A DNA stretch of 64,000 nt from assembly GCA_965203515.1 (NCBI GenBank), contig OZ241907.1:2144001-2208000 (forward strand), in the 5' to 3' direction. Position numbers and translations under genes: made by a program. The number at the start of each line of letters is the position of its first letter. The first letter of the stretch is position 1. Positions 50,833 to 62,000 of the stretch are shown in pieces. The notes beneath the pieces are model-generated. The model was not told where the DNA came from. It did not search any database and saw nothing but the letters and a program-made list of their open reading frames with translations. This stretch comes from Spirochaetia bacterium (GTDB taxonomy: Bacteria > Spirochaetota > Spirochaetia > SZUA-6 > Bin103).

Positions 50833-51834
50833 ATGGGACGCCCCGTAACGCTGTTCACCGGCCAATGGGCCGACCTGCCGCTGGAGGAGCTGGCCGCCAA
50901 GGCGGCGGCGTGGGGCTTCGACGGCCTGGAGCTCGCCTGCTGGGGCGATCACTTCGAGGTCGACAAGGCGCTCGCCGATGACCGGTACGTGGCCGCCAAG
51001 CGCGAGCTGCTCGACCGGCACGGGCTCGCCTGCTTCGCGATCAGCAACCACCTGGTCGGCCAGTGCGTGTGCGACGTTCCGATCGACGCCCGCCATCAGG
51101 CGATCCTGCCGCCGGAAATCTGGGGCGACGGCGATCCCGAAGGGGTGCGCCAACGCGCCGCCGAACGCATGCAAGAGACGGCCCGCGCGGCCGCCGCGTT
51201 CGGGGTCGACACGGTCGCCGGCTTCACCGGCTCCAAGATCTGGTACGCGATCGCCGGGTTCCCGCCGGCGGTGGAAGGCATGATCGACGACGGCTACCAG
51301 GACTTCGCCGACCGCTGGAACCCGATCCTGGACGTCTACGACGCCGAAGGGGTGCGCTTCGCGCTGGAGGTCCACCCGTCGGAGATCGCCTACGACTACT
51401 GGACCACGCGGCGCACGCTGGAGGCGGTCGACCGCCGGCCGGCGTTCGGCATCAACTTCGATCCCAGCCACCTGGTGTGGCAGATGGTCGACCCGGAGCA
51501 GTTCGTCCTCGACTTCGCCGACCGTATCTACCACGCGCACGTCAAGGAATCGAAGCGCTCCCACAACGGGCGCAACGGCGCCCTGGCTTCGCACCTGCCG
51601 TTCGGGAACCTGCGCCGCGGGTGGGACTTCGTGTCGCCCGGCCGGGGCGACGTGCCGTTCGAGCGGGTGTTCCGCGCGTTGAACGCGATCGGCTACCAGG
51701 GTCCGCTGTCGATCGAATGGGAGGATTCCGGCATGGACCGCGAGCAGGGCGCGCCGGAGGCGCTCGCCTTTACGCGCAGCGCCGATCTGTCCGCCTCCGC
51801 GATCGCCTTCGACGCCGCCTTCAGCCGCCAATGA
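50833..51834 (+). CDS. Sugar phosphate isomerase/epimerase (xylose isomerase-like TIM barrel)
   Basis: [32 protein letters not shown]. Confidence 0.9.
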   Translation: MGRPVTLFTGQWADLPLEELAAKAAAWGFDGLELACWGDHFEVDKALADDRYVAAKRELLDRHGLACFAISNHLVGQCVCDVPIDARHQAILPPEIWGDGDPEGVRQRAAERMQETARAAAAFGVDTVAGFTGSKIWYAIAGFPPAVEGMIDDGYQDFADRWNPILDVYDAEGVRFALEVHPSEIAYDYWTTRRTLEAVDRRPAFGINFDPSHLVWQMVDPEQFVLDFADRIYHAHVKESKRSHNGRNGALASHLPFGNLRRGWDFVSPGRGDVPFERVFRALNAIGYQGPLSIEWEDSGMDREQGAPEALAFTRSADLSASAIAFDAAFSRQ

Positions 51835-53156
51835 CCCGGCAGCGAACGCGCTACGCGCAGGTCGGCATCGGCGGGCGCGCCCGTTCCTTCTACGAGTGGA
51901 TCGCCGGCGACTACGCCGATTCGGCGGAGCTGGTCGGGTTCTGCGACCTGAACCGGACCCGCATGCGCTACGCCAACCGGGTCCTGCAGGAGCGGTTCGG
52001 ACACGCGCCGGCGCCGACCTATCACGCGGACGCGTTCGACCGCATGGTGGCGGAATGCAAGCCGGACGTGGTCATCGTCACCACGATCGACCGCACGCAC
52101 CACCACTACATCGTGCGCGCCCTGGAGCTCGGCTGCGACGTCATCACCGAGAAGCCGATGACGGTCGACGCCGCCAAGTGCCAGCAGATCCTGGACGCGG
52201 TCGAGCGCACCGGCCGGAACCTGCGGGTGACGTTCAACTACCGCTACTCCCCGCACGCCTCGCTGGTGCGCCGGCTCCTGATGGACGGGACGATCGGCAC
52301 GGTGACCGCCGTGCACTTCGAGTGGCTGCTCGACCTGACGCACGGAGCCGACTACTTCCGGCGCTGGCACCGCGACAAGCGCAACTCCGGCGGCCTGCTG
52401 GTGCACAAGGCGACGCACCACTTCGATCTGATCAACTTCTGGCTCGGCAGCGCGCCGGAGCTGGTGATGGCGCTGGGCGGCCTGCGTTTCTACGGGCACG
52501 AAAACGCCCAGGAGCGCGGCGTCACCGATTTCTACACCCGCGCCTACGGATCGGAGGCGGCGCGCGACGACCCGTTCGCCCTCCACCTGGACCGGAGCGA
52601 GACGCTGACCGAGATGTACCTGAAGGCCGAACATGAGGACGGCTATCTCCGCGACCGGAGCGTGTTTGGCGACGGGATCAGCATCGAGGACACGATGGCG
52701 CTGCTGGTCCGCTACGACTCCGGCGCGCTGATGAGCTACTCGCTGACCGCCTACGCGCCGTGGGAGGGGCTGCGGATCGCGCTTACCGGCGACCGCGGCC
52801 GGCTGGAGCTCACGGTGCGGGAGTCGAGCTACGTGAACGCGCAGGGCGCCAAGTCGCAGGAGGGCGCGGCGAAGGAGCGGGAGCTGCGTATCTGGCCCCA
52901 CTTCGCGGCGCCGTACGAGGTGGAGATACCCGATCCCGAAGGCGGCCATGGCGGCGGCCACAGCGGCGCCGACCCGCTGCTCGCCGCCGACCTGTTCGGC
53001 CCGCCCAAGCCGGATCCGCTGCGGCGCGCCGCGTCGCACGTCGACGGGGCGATGTCGATCCTCACCGGCATCGCCGGCAACCTCTCCATGGAGACCGGCG
53101 GCCCCGTCCACCCGCAACGGCTGGTGCGCTGGCCGGCCGGCAGCCGCGTCACGTGA
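51831..53156 (+). CDS. Gfo/Idh/MocA oxidoreductase
   Basis: [34 protein letters not shown]. Confidence 0.9.
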   Translation: MTRQRTRYAQVGIGGRARSFYEWIAGDYADSAELVGFCDLNRTRMRYANRVLQERFGHAPAPTYHADAFDRMVAECKPDVVIVTTIDRTHHHYIVRALELGCDVITEKPMTVDAAKCQQILDAVERTGRNLRVTFNYRYSPHASLVRRLLMDGTIGTVTAVHFEWLLDLTHGADYFRRWHRDKRNSGGLLVHKATHHFDLINFWLGSAPELVMALGGLRFYGHENAQERGVTDFYTRAYGSEAARDDPFALHLDRSETLTEMYLKAEHEDGYLRDRSVFGDGISIEDTMALLVRYDSGALMSYSLTAYAPWEGLRIALTGDRGRLELTVRESSYVNAQGAKSQEGAAKERELRIWPHFAAPYEVEIPDPEGGHGGGHSGADPLLAADLFGPPKPDPLRRAASHVDGAMSILTGIAGNLSMETGGPVHPQRLVRWPAGSRVT

Positions 53157-54145
53157 TCCGCGTCGTGCAGTTCGGCTGCGGGCCGATCGGCTGCCGCATC
53201 GCGCGGCTGGCGGCCGGCCGCGCCGATCTGCAGGTGGTCGCCGGCATCGACGTCGATCCCGCCCTGCACGGCCGCGACGTCGGCGAGGTCGGCGGCGGCG
53301 CGCCGCTCGGCACGGCCATCGTCGGCTCGTGGGACCGGATGCCGGCCGGCGCGGCGCCGGCGCTGGCGGTCCACGCCACCGGCTCCGGCCTGGAGGCGGT
53401 GGCGCCGCAGCTCCGATCGCTGCTGCGCGCGGGCGTCGACGTGGTGTCGACCTGCGAGGAACTGGCCTTTCCGGCCGGCGCCAACGCCGCGATCGCCGGC
53501 GAGCTGCACGACCAGGCGGTCGGCGCCGGGGTCACGCTGCTGGGGACCGGCATCAATCCCGGCTTCGTGATGGACGCGTGGCCGCTGTTCATGACCGCCC
53601 CGTGCCAGGCAGTGCGCGCGATCCGCGCCACCCGCGTGCAGGACGCGAGCGATCGACGCGGCCCGTTTCAGCGCAAGATCGGCGCCGGGCTCGACGAAGC
53701 CGAATTTCGCAGGCGCGCGGCGGACGGGGAGATACGCCACGTCGGGCTCACCGAATCGGCCCGGATGATCGCCGCCGGCATGGGCTGGCCGCTCGACGAC
53801 TTCACCGAGACGATCGAACCGATCATGGCTTCGCGCGCGATCGACACCGGCCACGTGTCGGTGGCGGCGGGACAGGTCGCCGGGGTCCGTCAGGCCGGCG
53901 CCGGCGCCGTTGCGGGACGGCAGGTGATCACGCTGGAGTTCCGCGCCGCGGTCGGATTGGGCGAATCATGGGACGCGGTGTCGATCGACGGCGTGCCGCC
54001 GGTGGAGGTCCGCATCACCGGAGGCGTGCAGGGCGATCTGGGGACGGCGGCGGTCGTCGTCAACGCCATCCCGCGCGTGGCGGCAGCCGCGCCGGGGCTG
54101 GTGACCATGAAGGATCTGCCGCCGGCGCTCGCGCCCGGCGCCTGA
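53153..54145 (+). CDS. Dihydrodipicolinate reductase-like / amine dehydrogenase family protein
   Basis: [35 protein letters not shown]. Confidence 0.8.
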   Translation: MIRVVQFGCGPIGCRIARLAAGRADLQVVAGIDVDPALHGRDVGEVGGGAPLGTAIVGSWDRMPAGAAPALAVHATGSGLEAVAPQLRSLLRAGVDVVSTCEELAFPAGANAAIAGELHDQAVGAGVTLLGTGINPGFVMDAWPLFMTAPCQAVRAIRATRVQDASDRRGPFQRKIGAGLDEAEFRRRAADGEIRHVGLTESARMIAAGMGWPLDDFTETIEPIMASRAIDTGHVSVAAGQVAGVRQAGAGAVAGRQVITLEFRAAVGLGESWDAVSIDGVPPVEVRITGGVQGDLGTAAVVVNAIPRVAAAAPGLVTMKDLPPALAPGA

Positions 54146-54204
54146 GCGGCCGGCAGCGCGCGCGAGGCGATCGAACTTCCGAATCTTGATCAGCGACGAG
54201 GCCA

Positions 54205-55221
54205 ATGGATAAGCTGCTCCCCTCCCCCGACATGCCAAAGCAAAACGGTCGTTCCCGGGGCAGACTCCGTCTGTTCTCCGGCCGAGCCAATCCGGAGCTG
54301 ACGATCGAGATCGCGCAGATACTGGACGTCGAGCTGGGCCAGATCAGCATCAAGTCCCTGACCGACAGCGAGACCCACGTACAGATCGAGGAAAGCGTCC
54401 GCGGCGCGGAGATATACTTGGTGCAGCCGACCTGCCGCCCGGTCAACGAGACGCTCATGGAGCTGTTGATCATCGTCGACGCGATGCGCCGCGCGTCGGC
54501 CGACCAGATCACCGCCGTCGTCCCCTACTACGGTTACGGCCGCCAGGACCACAAGTCGACCGGCCGGGAGCCGCTCAGCGCGCGGCTGGTCGCCGACCTG
54601 CTGGCCAACGCGGGCGCCGACCGCATCGTCTCCGTCGATCTGCACGCGCCGCAGATCCAGGGCTTCTTCAACAAGGTGTCGGATCATCTGACCGCGGTCA
54701 CCACGCTGGCCAACCACCTGCGGCAGCGCGATCTCTCCAACGCCGTGATCGTCGCCCCGGACGTCGGCCGGGCCAAGCTGGCCGAGAAGTACACCGACAT
54801 CCTGGGCCTGCCGATGGTGCTCATGCACAAGCGCCGGCACGGCGTGGGCGGTTCCAGGATGGAGGTGGAAGCGGTGGTCGGCGACATCGAGGGCAGGAAG
54901 CCGATCATCATCGACGACCTGATCGCCTCCGGCTCGATCCACCAGCAGGCCGACACGCTCATGCGGCACGGCGCGCAGCCGGCCATCATTTCGGTCACCC
55001 ACCCGGTGCTGACCGACCGGGCGCCGGAGCTGCTGACCCGTCCGTCGATCGAGGAGGTGCTGGTCACCAACACGATCCCGGTGCCGCCGGAGCGCCGCGC
55101 CGGCGGCCTGATCAAGGTGATCTCCATCGCGCCGCTGTTGGCCAGCGCCATTCTGCGCATCCACGAGCGACGTTCGGTGAGCGAGGTGTTCAGCCAGCAG
55201 AATCTGCTGTTCCCGGTGTGA
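54205..55221 (+). CDS. prs: Ribose-phosphate pyrophosphokinase
   Basis: LFSGRANPEL, VPYYGYGRQD, VDLHAPQIQGFF, VAPDVG, VTNTIP. Confidence 0.92.
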   Translation: MDKLLPSPDMPKQNGRSRGRLRLFSGRANPELTIEIAQILDVELGQISIKSLTDSETHVQIEESVRGAEIYLVQPTCRPVNETLMELLIIVDAMRRASADQITAVVPYYGYGRQDHKSTGREPLSARLVADLLANAGADRIVSVDLHAPQIQGFFNKVSDHLTAVTTLANHLRQRDLSNAVIVAPDVGRAKLAEKYTDILGLPMVLMHKRRHGVGGSRMEVEAVVGDIEGRKPIIIDDLIASGSIHQQADTLMRHGAQPAIISVTHPVLTDRAPELLTRPSIEEVLVTNTIPVPPERRAGGLIKVISIAPLLASAILRIHERRSVSEVFSQQNLLFPV

Positions 55222-55293
55222 CCGGATCGCCCGACACCGCTTGCCGCGCCGCCCGTCGCTACGCCATCATTGCTTACCCACAAGGAGAGACGC

Positions 55294-55656
55294 TTGTCAG
55301 ACAACATCCCCAGCTCGGCCCCGCCGCCGCGTGAACCCGCCGACCGCCCGTCCGGGCCGTTCACCCCTCGCGAAGCGGGCGGTGAGGGCGGCGGCCGCGG
55401 CGCTCCGGCGGGACCCGGCGGACGGCGGCGCCCCTACTACCGGCGCAAGGTCGACCGGACCAGGAATCTCGACATCACCTATCGCAAGCCGGAGATTCTG
55501 GAGCGGTTCATCACGCAGAGCGGCAAGATCCTGCCGCGACGGGTGACCGGCACCTCCGCCAAGAACCAGCGCCGCCTGGCGCGCCAGATCAAGCTGGCGC
55601 GGGTGCTGGCGCTGCTTCCCTACAAGCGCCAGGGCAGACCTGGCGACAGCAGCTAA
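55294..55656 (+). CDS. rpsR: 30S ribosomal protein S18
   Basis: [16 protein letters not shown]...[18 protein letters not shown] before TTG 55294. Confidence 0.92.
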   Translation: MSDNIPSSAPPPREPADRPSGPFTPREAGGEGGGRGAPAGPGGRRRPYYRRKVDRTRNLDITYRKPEILERFITQSGKILPRRVTGTSAKNQRRLARQIKLARVLALLPYKRQGRPGDSS

Positions 55657-55711
55657 ACGTCGGAAGACGTCGTGACGGTTACGCTGCGCCGCTGACCGGC
55701 GGTCGGTGCCG

Positions 55712-56593
55712 ATGCCGAGTCTGCGCGCCGCGGCGGTGGTCCTGTCGATCGCCCTGCTGGCCGGCTGCGGCGACAAGGCCGAGGTCGCCGGCGATCACGT
55801 CCGCGTCCGGCTGGTCAGCGAACAGGCCGCCGTCACCCCGGGGAATCCGTTCTGGGCCGGTCTGCTGCAGACCCTGGACGACGGCTGGCACACGTATTGG
55901 CGCAACCCCGGCGATTCGGGAGCGGCCGCCCGCATCGACTGGCATCTGCCGGCCGGCTGGACGGTATCGCCCGTGCGCTGGCCGATCCCGGAGCGCATGC
56001 CCTACGGCGACCTGATGAACTACGGATACGCCGGTGAGGTGCTGCTGCCGGTCGTGATCACCCCGCCGGCGGACGCCGGACGCGGCCGGGTCGAGCTGGC
56101 TGCCGACGCGCTCTGGCTGGTGTGCGCCGACGTCTGCATCCCCGGCGAGGCGCGCCTCCGTCTCACCCTGCGGGTGCGGCCGCAGCCGCAACCGGCCGAC
56201 CGCGGTGCGAAATCGCTGTTCGACCGCTGGCGCACGCGCATTCCCCGGCCGCTCGACGGCGCCCGCGTGGAGCGGCGCGATCAGCGGCTGGTCATCACCG
56301 CCCCGCTGGCCGGAGCGGCGGATGCGCGGCAGGTCTGGTTCTTTCCGCACGCCGCCGGCGCGGTCATCCACGCGGCCGATCAGGAGCACGCGGTGACCGC
56401 GGCCGGCGCCGTCGAGGTGCGCGTGCAGGCGGCCGCCAGGGACGGCGGCGGCAGGGACGTCGGCGCCGCCGCCGGCCGCCTGCACGGCGTGGTGGCGGTC
56501 ACCACGGACGGCGGCACGCGCGGATTCACCATCGACGCGCCGGTCCGGGACGCGATCCACGCCGATGGCGCACGGCCTGCCGGCGCGCGCTGA
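55712..56593 (+). CDS. DsbD N-terminal-domain lipoprotein (no transmembrane DsbD domain)
   Basis: Lipobox LLAGC; GWHTYWRNPGDSG; WLVCADVCIPG. Confidence 0.8.
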   Translation: MPSLRAAAVVLSIALLAGCGDKAEVAGDHVRVRLVSEQAAVTPGNPFWAGLLQTLDDGWHTYWRNPGDSGAAARIDWHLPAGWTVSPVRWPIPERMPYGDLMNYGYAGEVLLPVVITPPADAGRGRVELAADALWLVCADVCIPGEARLRLTLRVRPQPQPADRGAKSLFDRWRTRIPRPLDGARVERRDQRLVITAPLAGAADARQVWFFPHAAGAVIHAADQEHAVTAAGAVEVRVQAAARDGGGRDVGAAAGRLHGVVAVTTDGGTRGFTIDAPVRDAIHADGARPAGAR

Positions 56594-56885
56594 CGGCGCG
56601 GCCGACCTGGCCGGGCTGGCCGCGCAGGGCGGCGGCCCCGTCCTGCAGCGCCGGCTTGCCGAGCTGCTCCGCACCGATCGCGCCGGTCTGATCGCCGCGC
56701 TCTACCGCCTCGACGTGGACGAGACGCCGGCGCGGCGGTGGCTCGCCGTCGCCGACCGCGACCGCGACAGCGGCGTCCCGCGCGCGGCGGCGGGACTGGC
56801 CGACCTGATCGTCCGCCGCCTGCGCGCCAAGCTGCGCACCACGGCGGCCCATCGGGTGCGGGCGGCCGACCCGCCGCCGGCATGA
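56565..56885 (+). CDS. Small hypothetical protein coupled to ligD
   Basis: Overlaps both neighbours in the same direction; LYRLDVDE...LIVRRLRAK helical pattern. Confidence 0.55.
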   Translation: MAHGLPARADGAADLAGLAAQGGGPVLQRRLAELLRTDRAGLIAALYRLDVDETPARRWLAVADRDRDSGVPRAAAGLADLIVRRLRAKLRTTAAHRVRAADPPPA

Positions 56886-58978
56886 GCGCATCGAGCGCGC
56901 CGCCGGGCCGCGCCGCGCTCGACCGGTACCGCGCCAAGCGCGACTTTGCCCGGACGCCCGAGCCGGACGCGGGCGCCGGCGAAGGCTCGGCGGCGCTCCG
57001 CTTCGTCGTCCACCGTCACCAGGCGCGCCGGCTGCACTACGACCTGCGGCTGGAGATGGACGGCGTGCTGCTGTGCTTCGCGGTCCCGCGCGGCTTCTCC
57101 TACGACCCCGACCAGAAGCGGCTGGCCGTCCATACCGAGGACCATCCGCTGCCGTACCTGGACTTCCGGGGCGTGATTCCGAAGGGAGAGTACGGCGGCG
57201 GCACCATGGAGATCTGGGACCACGGCACCTACCGGATACGGCGCGCGCCGAGTACTGCGGCGGCGCTGGCAGCGGGGGAGATCAAGATCACGCTGCAGGG
57301 CCGCCGGCTGCGCGGCGAGTGGCATCTGGTGCGCACGGCGGGCGCCGGCGACGACTGGCTGCTGTTCAAGACGCGCGACCGGTACGCGCGCGGCGCCGGC
57401 GACCCGGCGCCCGTCGTCGACCTGGGCCGCGCCCGCCGCGCGCCCATACCGCGGCGGCCGCGGCCCATGCGCGCGGCCGGCGAACGGGAGCCGTTCTTCG
57501 ACGCGGAATGGCTGTTCGAGATGGAGTTCGCCGGCCGGCGCACGCTGGCGGTCTGCCGCGGCGAACAGGCCGAGTTGCACCCCGCGGCAGGCGGGCCGGC
57601 AGCCCGCTTCGACGCCGGCCGCTTCGACACCGTCCTCGCTGCCCTGTGCCGCCTGCGCGCAGAGCACGCCGTCATCGACGGCGTCCTGGTGGCGGTCGAC
57701 CGGCACGGGCGACCCTCGCGCGCCGATCTCGATCGTCTAGCGGCGCACGGCGATACCGCCCCGGTCGCGTTCTATGCGTTCGATCTCCTCTACTACGAGG
57801 AGTGGGACGTGCGCCGCCTGCCGCTGCGCGAACGCAAGGAGCTGCTGCGGTCGCTCCTGCCGGCCGGAGGCGGCGTGCTGTACGTGGACCACGTCACCGC
57901 GGACGGCAAGTCCCTGGCCGCCGCCGCGTCGGCGGCGGGACTGGAGGCGCTGGTGGCAAAGCGCGGCGACTCCCGCTATCAGCCGGGCGCGCATGACGCC
58001 TGGGCGCGCGTGCCGGTCAACGCGGCCGACGGCGCCGCCGAACTGCCGCTCGACGAAGCGTTGCGCCGGCGGCCGTCACCGGCGGGGGACGCCGCACGCG
58101 TAAAGCTGGTCAACCTGGACAAGGTCTACTGGCCGGCCAGCGGCCGCACCAAGGGCGACCTGGTCGACTACTACCTCACGGTCGCCGACTGGCTGCTCCC
58201 CTATCTGCGGTCCCGTCCCATCCACCTGCTGCGCTATCCCGACGGCGTGGACGGCGAAGGCTTCTATCAGAAGCAGGTGCCGCATCTCCCCTCGTGGGTT
58301 CCCACCGTGGACGTGTCCGCCGCCGGCCGACCGGAGGCGCGCTACATCGTCTGCGGCGACTGCGACACGCTGCTGTACATGGTCAATCTTGGCAGCATCG
58401 ACTTCCACCCGTGGCTGTCCGGCGTCGATGATCTGGACGCGCCGGACTGGGCGGTCATCGACCTGGACGCCAAGGCATCGTCGTTCGCTAAGGTGGTGCG
58501 CGTGGCGCGCACGCTGAACAAGGTGCTGGACGGGATCGACGCCGCCGGCTATCCGAAGACCTCCGGCAAGTCGGGCATGCACGTCTACGTGCCGCTGGCG
58601 CGCGGGCACACCTTCGACCAGGCGCGCATGTTCTGCGAGGGACTGGCGCGCGTCGTGGTACGCGAGCACCGCGACATCGCCTCCGTCGAACGGTCGGCCG
58701 CCGCCCGCGGCGACCGGGTGTACGTCGACTTCATGCAGAACCGGCGGCAACAGACCGTGGTGCCGCCCTACGCCGTGCGGCCGGTCGCCGGGGCGACCGT
58801 GTCCACGCCGCTCTCCTGGGACGAACTGGACGCCGACCTGGCCCCGGAACGGTTCACCATCGACACGGTACCGGAGCGGCTCACGCGCACCGGCGACCTG
58901 TTCCGCGACGCGCTCGCCAACCGGCAGGACCTTGCGGCCGCGGCCGACAACCTGGCGCGCTACCTGCGCCGGTCGTGA
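56882..58978 (+). CDS. ligD: LigD-like NHEJ protein: phosphoesterase + degenerate ligase + primase/polymerase
   Basis: PE domain: YRAKRDF, HYDLRLE, HTEDHP. POL domain: TKGDLVDYY, RYPDG, DLD, KTSGKSGMH. Confidence 0.9.
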   Translation: MSASSAPPGRAALDRYRAKRDFARTPEPDAGAGEGSAALRFVVHRHQARRLHYDLRLEMDGVLLCFAVPRGFSYDPDQKRLAVHTEDHPLPYLDFRGVIPKGEYGGGTMEIWDHGTYRIRRAPSTAAALAAGEIKITLQGRRLRGEWHLVRTAGAGDDWLLFKTRDRYARGAGDPAPVVDLGRARRAPIPRRPRPMRAAGEREPFFDAEWLFEMEFAGRRTLAVCRGEQAELHPAAGGPAARFDAGRFDTVLAALCRLRAEHAVIDGVLVAVDRHGRPSRADLDRLAAHGDTAPVAFYAFDLLYYEEWDVRRLPLRERKELLRSLLPAGGGVLYVDHVTADGKSLAAAASAAGLEALVAKRGDSRYQPGAHDAWARVPVNAADGAAELPLDEALRRRPSPAGDAARVKLVNLDKVYWPASGRTKGDLVDYYLTVADWLLPYLRSRPIHLLRYPDGVDGEGFYQKQVPHLPSWVPTVDVSAAGRPEARYIVCGDCDTLLYMVNLGSIDFHPWLSGVDDLDAPDWAVIDLDAKASSFAKVVRVARTLNKVLDGIDAAGYPKTSGKSGMHVYVPLARGHTFDQARMFCEGLARVVVREHRDIASVERSAAARGDRVYVDFMQNRRQQTVVPPYAVRPVAGATVSTPLSWDELDADLAPERFTIDTVPERLTRTGDLFRDALANRQDLAAAADNLARYLRRS

Positions 58979-59015
58979 GCGCCCGACGCCGCGCTGTCCG
59001 CGTCCGCCGGTCGGT

Positions 59016-62000
59016 TCACTGCCGGATCAGCCAAGCCTCGACTCGGCGGTTCTTCCAGCGATTGCGCGTGTCGTCATGCGGGACCACCGGATGCGCGCCG
59101 CCCAGCCCGGTGGTCGTCATCCGGCTCGCGCGAATCCCGCGCTCGACCAGCGCATCGCGGACCGCCGCGGCGCGCGCGGCGGAGAGCGGCACCAGCACCT
59201 CCGCCTGTTCCTGTCGGGCACGCTCCACGTCGGCCCAGTGCACGGACGCCGCGTGCCCTTCCAGCAGGATGTTGTAGGTCGCGTAGCGGCCCAGTATCAC
59301 CGCAAGCCGATCCAGGGTCCGCAGGTTCCGGCTCGTCTTTTCCGGGTCGCCGAGCCGCTGGTAGTCGGCGGTGTCGGGCGCGAAGTGAATGCTGGAAATG
59401 CGGATGCGCAGGCGGTCTCCGGCCCGCAACACCAGGACGTCGATCGGCAAGACCTTGGTGGCGGTCGCCCGGTTGCCGACGTGATCGGAGACCTCGAGCC
59501 GCAACGTATAGTCGACCGCCGCCTCGACCAGCTCACCGGTTTCGACGGAATAGCCGTCCCACCCGAAGGCGGGCGGCGCACCCCGGCCGCTCGTGGCGGT
59601 GAACACCTCGCCCTGCGGATCGACGATCTGCAGCGCCCAGGCATCGATGCCTCCCTCGTCGCTGGCGTCGAGGAAGATCATGAGATGGTCGTTCACCCCG
59701 TCGTCGTCCGGGGAGAACGGCAGCGACGGCGTGTCCAGCTCCGTACGGATCGCCGCCTGCGGCGGCGACGAGTCGACCAGGAAGGGATCGCCGTCCGCTT
59801 CGCTGACGTTGCCCTTTACGTACTCGATGCCGAGCGAGGGGCGGTAGAACCCGTCCGGGACGACGCCCCCGCCGTCGGCGGTGCCGTCCCAGACGATCAC
59901 CTCCGGCAGCGGGTCGGCGCCCCGTCCGCCCGCGAATACCCGCACCGGCCGGCCGGTGCCGTCGAAGATCGACACCGCCCAGCGATCGATCGACACGTCC
60001 GTGGTGGCGGAGATGCGGATGTCGATCGTATCCCGATCCCCGTCGCCGTTGGGCGAGAAGAACTCGCCGTCCCGCGTTACCGCCGCGGCGGTGGCAGCGG
60101 TGTCGATCCGTATCCCCTCCAGGACGGCGCTGACGCTGTTACCGCCGGTGTCGACGCTGGCGATCCGGTAGGTGTACGTCCCGTCCGGCAGCGCAACGCC
60201 CTCGTCGGTGCGGCCGTCCCACTCCAGGTCCGGCAGCGGCCCCTCAGCGTCCCACACCCGCCGCAGTACCACGGAACCGTCGCGGTCGTCGGTGATCGTG
60301 GCGTCCCAGCGGTCCCCCGGCGTCGCCTCGTGGGTCAGCGTGATCGTGTCCCGGCGCCCGTCGCCGTCCGGGGAGAACAGCAGATACGCCGCCCCGACCC
60401 GCACCGTCGGCGGCTGGGTGTCCAGCGCCACCGCCTCGCCGGCCGCCTCGCCGACGTTGCCCTTGACGTATTCGACCCGGAACGTCGCCGTGTACTCCCC
60501 GTCCGGCACGCGCTCGCCGTCGTCATCGCTGCCGTCCCAGGGTAGACGCACCGGAAAGATGGTGCCGGAGACGCCGCGGTAGGTGCGCACCGCGCCGCCG
60601 GCCGCACCGGCAGCCGCATCGGCAATGGTCAGCTCCCACGACTGCAGCTCCACGTCCTCGGTGACCCGCAGCTCGTAGAACACCTCGTCGTCCACGCCGT
60701 CGCCGTTGGGGGAGAACCCGGCGGCCGACGCCTCCATCCACGCACCGCCCGGACGAGTGTCCACCACGATCGGCGGCAGTTCGCCCCTGGTCACGTTCCC
60801 GGCAAGGTCGGTGCCGCGCACCCGGTAGCGGTACTCGCCGTCCGCCACCACGTCTCCCCGCTCGTCGGTCCCGTCCCAGACCAGGTCCGCCAGTACGCCG
60901 TCGCGCACCGTGCGCTCGCTGACGACCGTCCCGTCGGCGTCCGTCAGCTCGGTATGCCACTCGTACTCCGCCTCGGTGGCATGCGTGATCTCGATCACGT
61001 CGCGGCGCCCGTCGCCGTCGGGCGAAAAGAGCAGATAGCCGGCCTCCACCTCGAACGCCGGGTAGACCGTGTCCAGGATGACCGGCACCGCCAGCCGGTC
61101 CTCGACCACGTCCCCCTTGCGGTAGCCGACCGAGAACACCGCGCGGTATTTGCCGTCCGGGGCCGGCTGGCCGGTGGTGGCGCGCCCGTCCCAGCGCTGT
61201 TCCTCCGGCAGTTCGCGACCGCCGCGGAAGATGCGCACGGGAGCGTCGTCAGCATCCAGGACCGTAAGGCTCCAGGTCTCCACCGGCACGTCGGGCGTCG
61301 CCGCCAGCGTGAACGTCATCGCGTCGCGCTCGCCGTCCGCGTTGGGTGAGAAGGCCGCCACCGCACCGGCCCGATCGGCCGCCGCGACGCCGACGCTCGC
61401 CTCCGTCGGCCGCGTGTCGACCTGGATGCCGGGCAGGCGCGCGGTGACGCTGTTGCCGGCCGCGTCGGTCGCCGTCACTTCGTACTGGTACGCGCCGTCC
61501 GCGACAAGGGCGCCCTGATCCCCCCTGCCGTCCCAGCGGTAATCGGCGACCTGACCCTGCCAGTCGGCCGTGGCGACCACCGCGCCCGCCTGATCCAGGA
61601 AGCGCGCCTGCCACCGCTCCTCGGCGCTCGACGTCTGCGCGATGAGCAGCTCATCCTTGTTGCCGTCGCCGTCGGGAGAGAACAACAGGTCGTCGGTGCT
61701 CGCCTCGATCGTCGGGAACTCGGTGTCTATCACGATCGGTCCGGCCTCGGCGGCGGCGTTGTTGCCGTTGGCGTAGCGCACCGAAAGCCGTACCGAATAC
61801 TCGCCGTCCGGGAACGGACGCCCGTCGTTGGCCAGGCCCGTCCACTCGAATGGCTCGCCGGCCGCCGGGCTCCGATCGCGATACCAGACCTTGCCGCCGG
61901 CGTCGGCGATCTCGACCTGCAGCGATTCTATGCTGTCGGTGACCACCAGCTCGGGGACGACCTCCACGGTGTCCTGCGCGCCGTCGCCGTTCGGGGAAAA

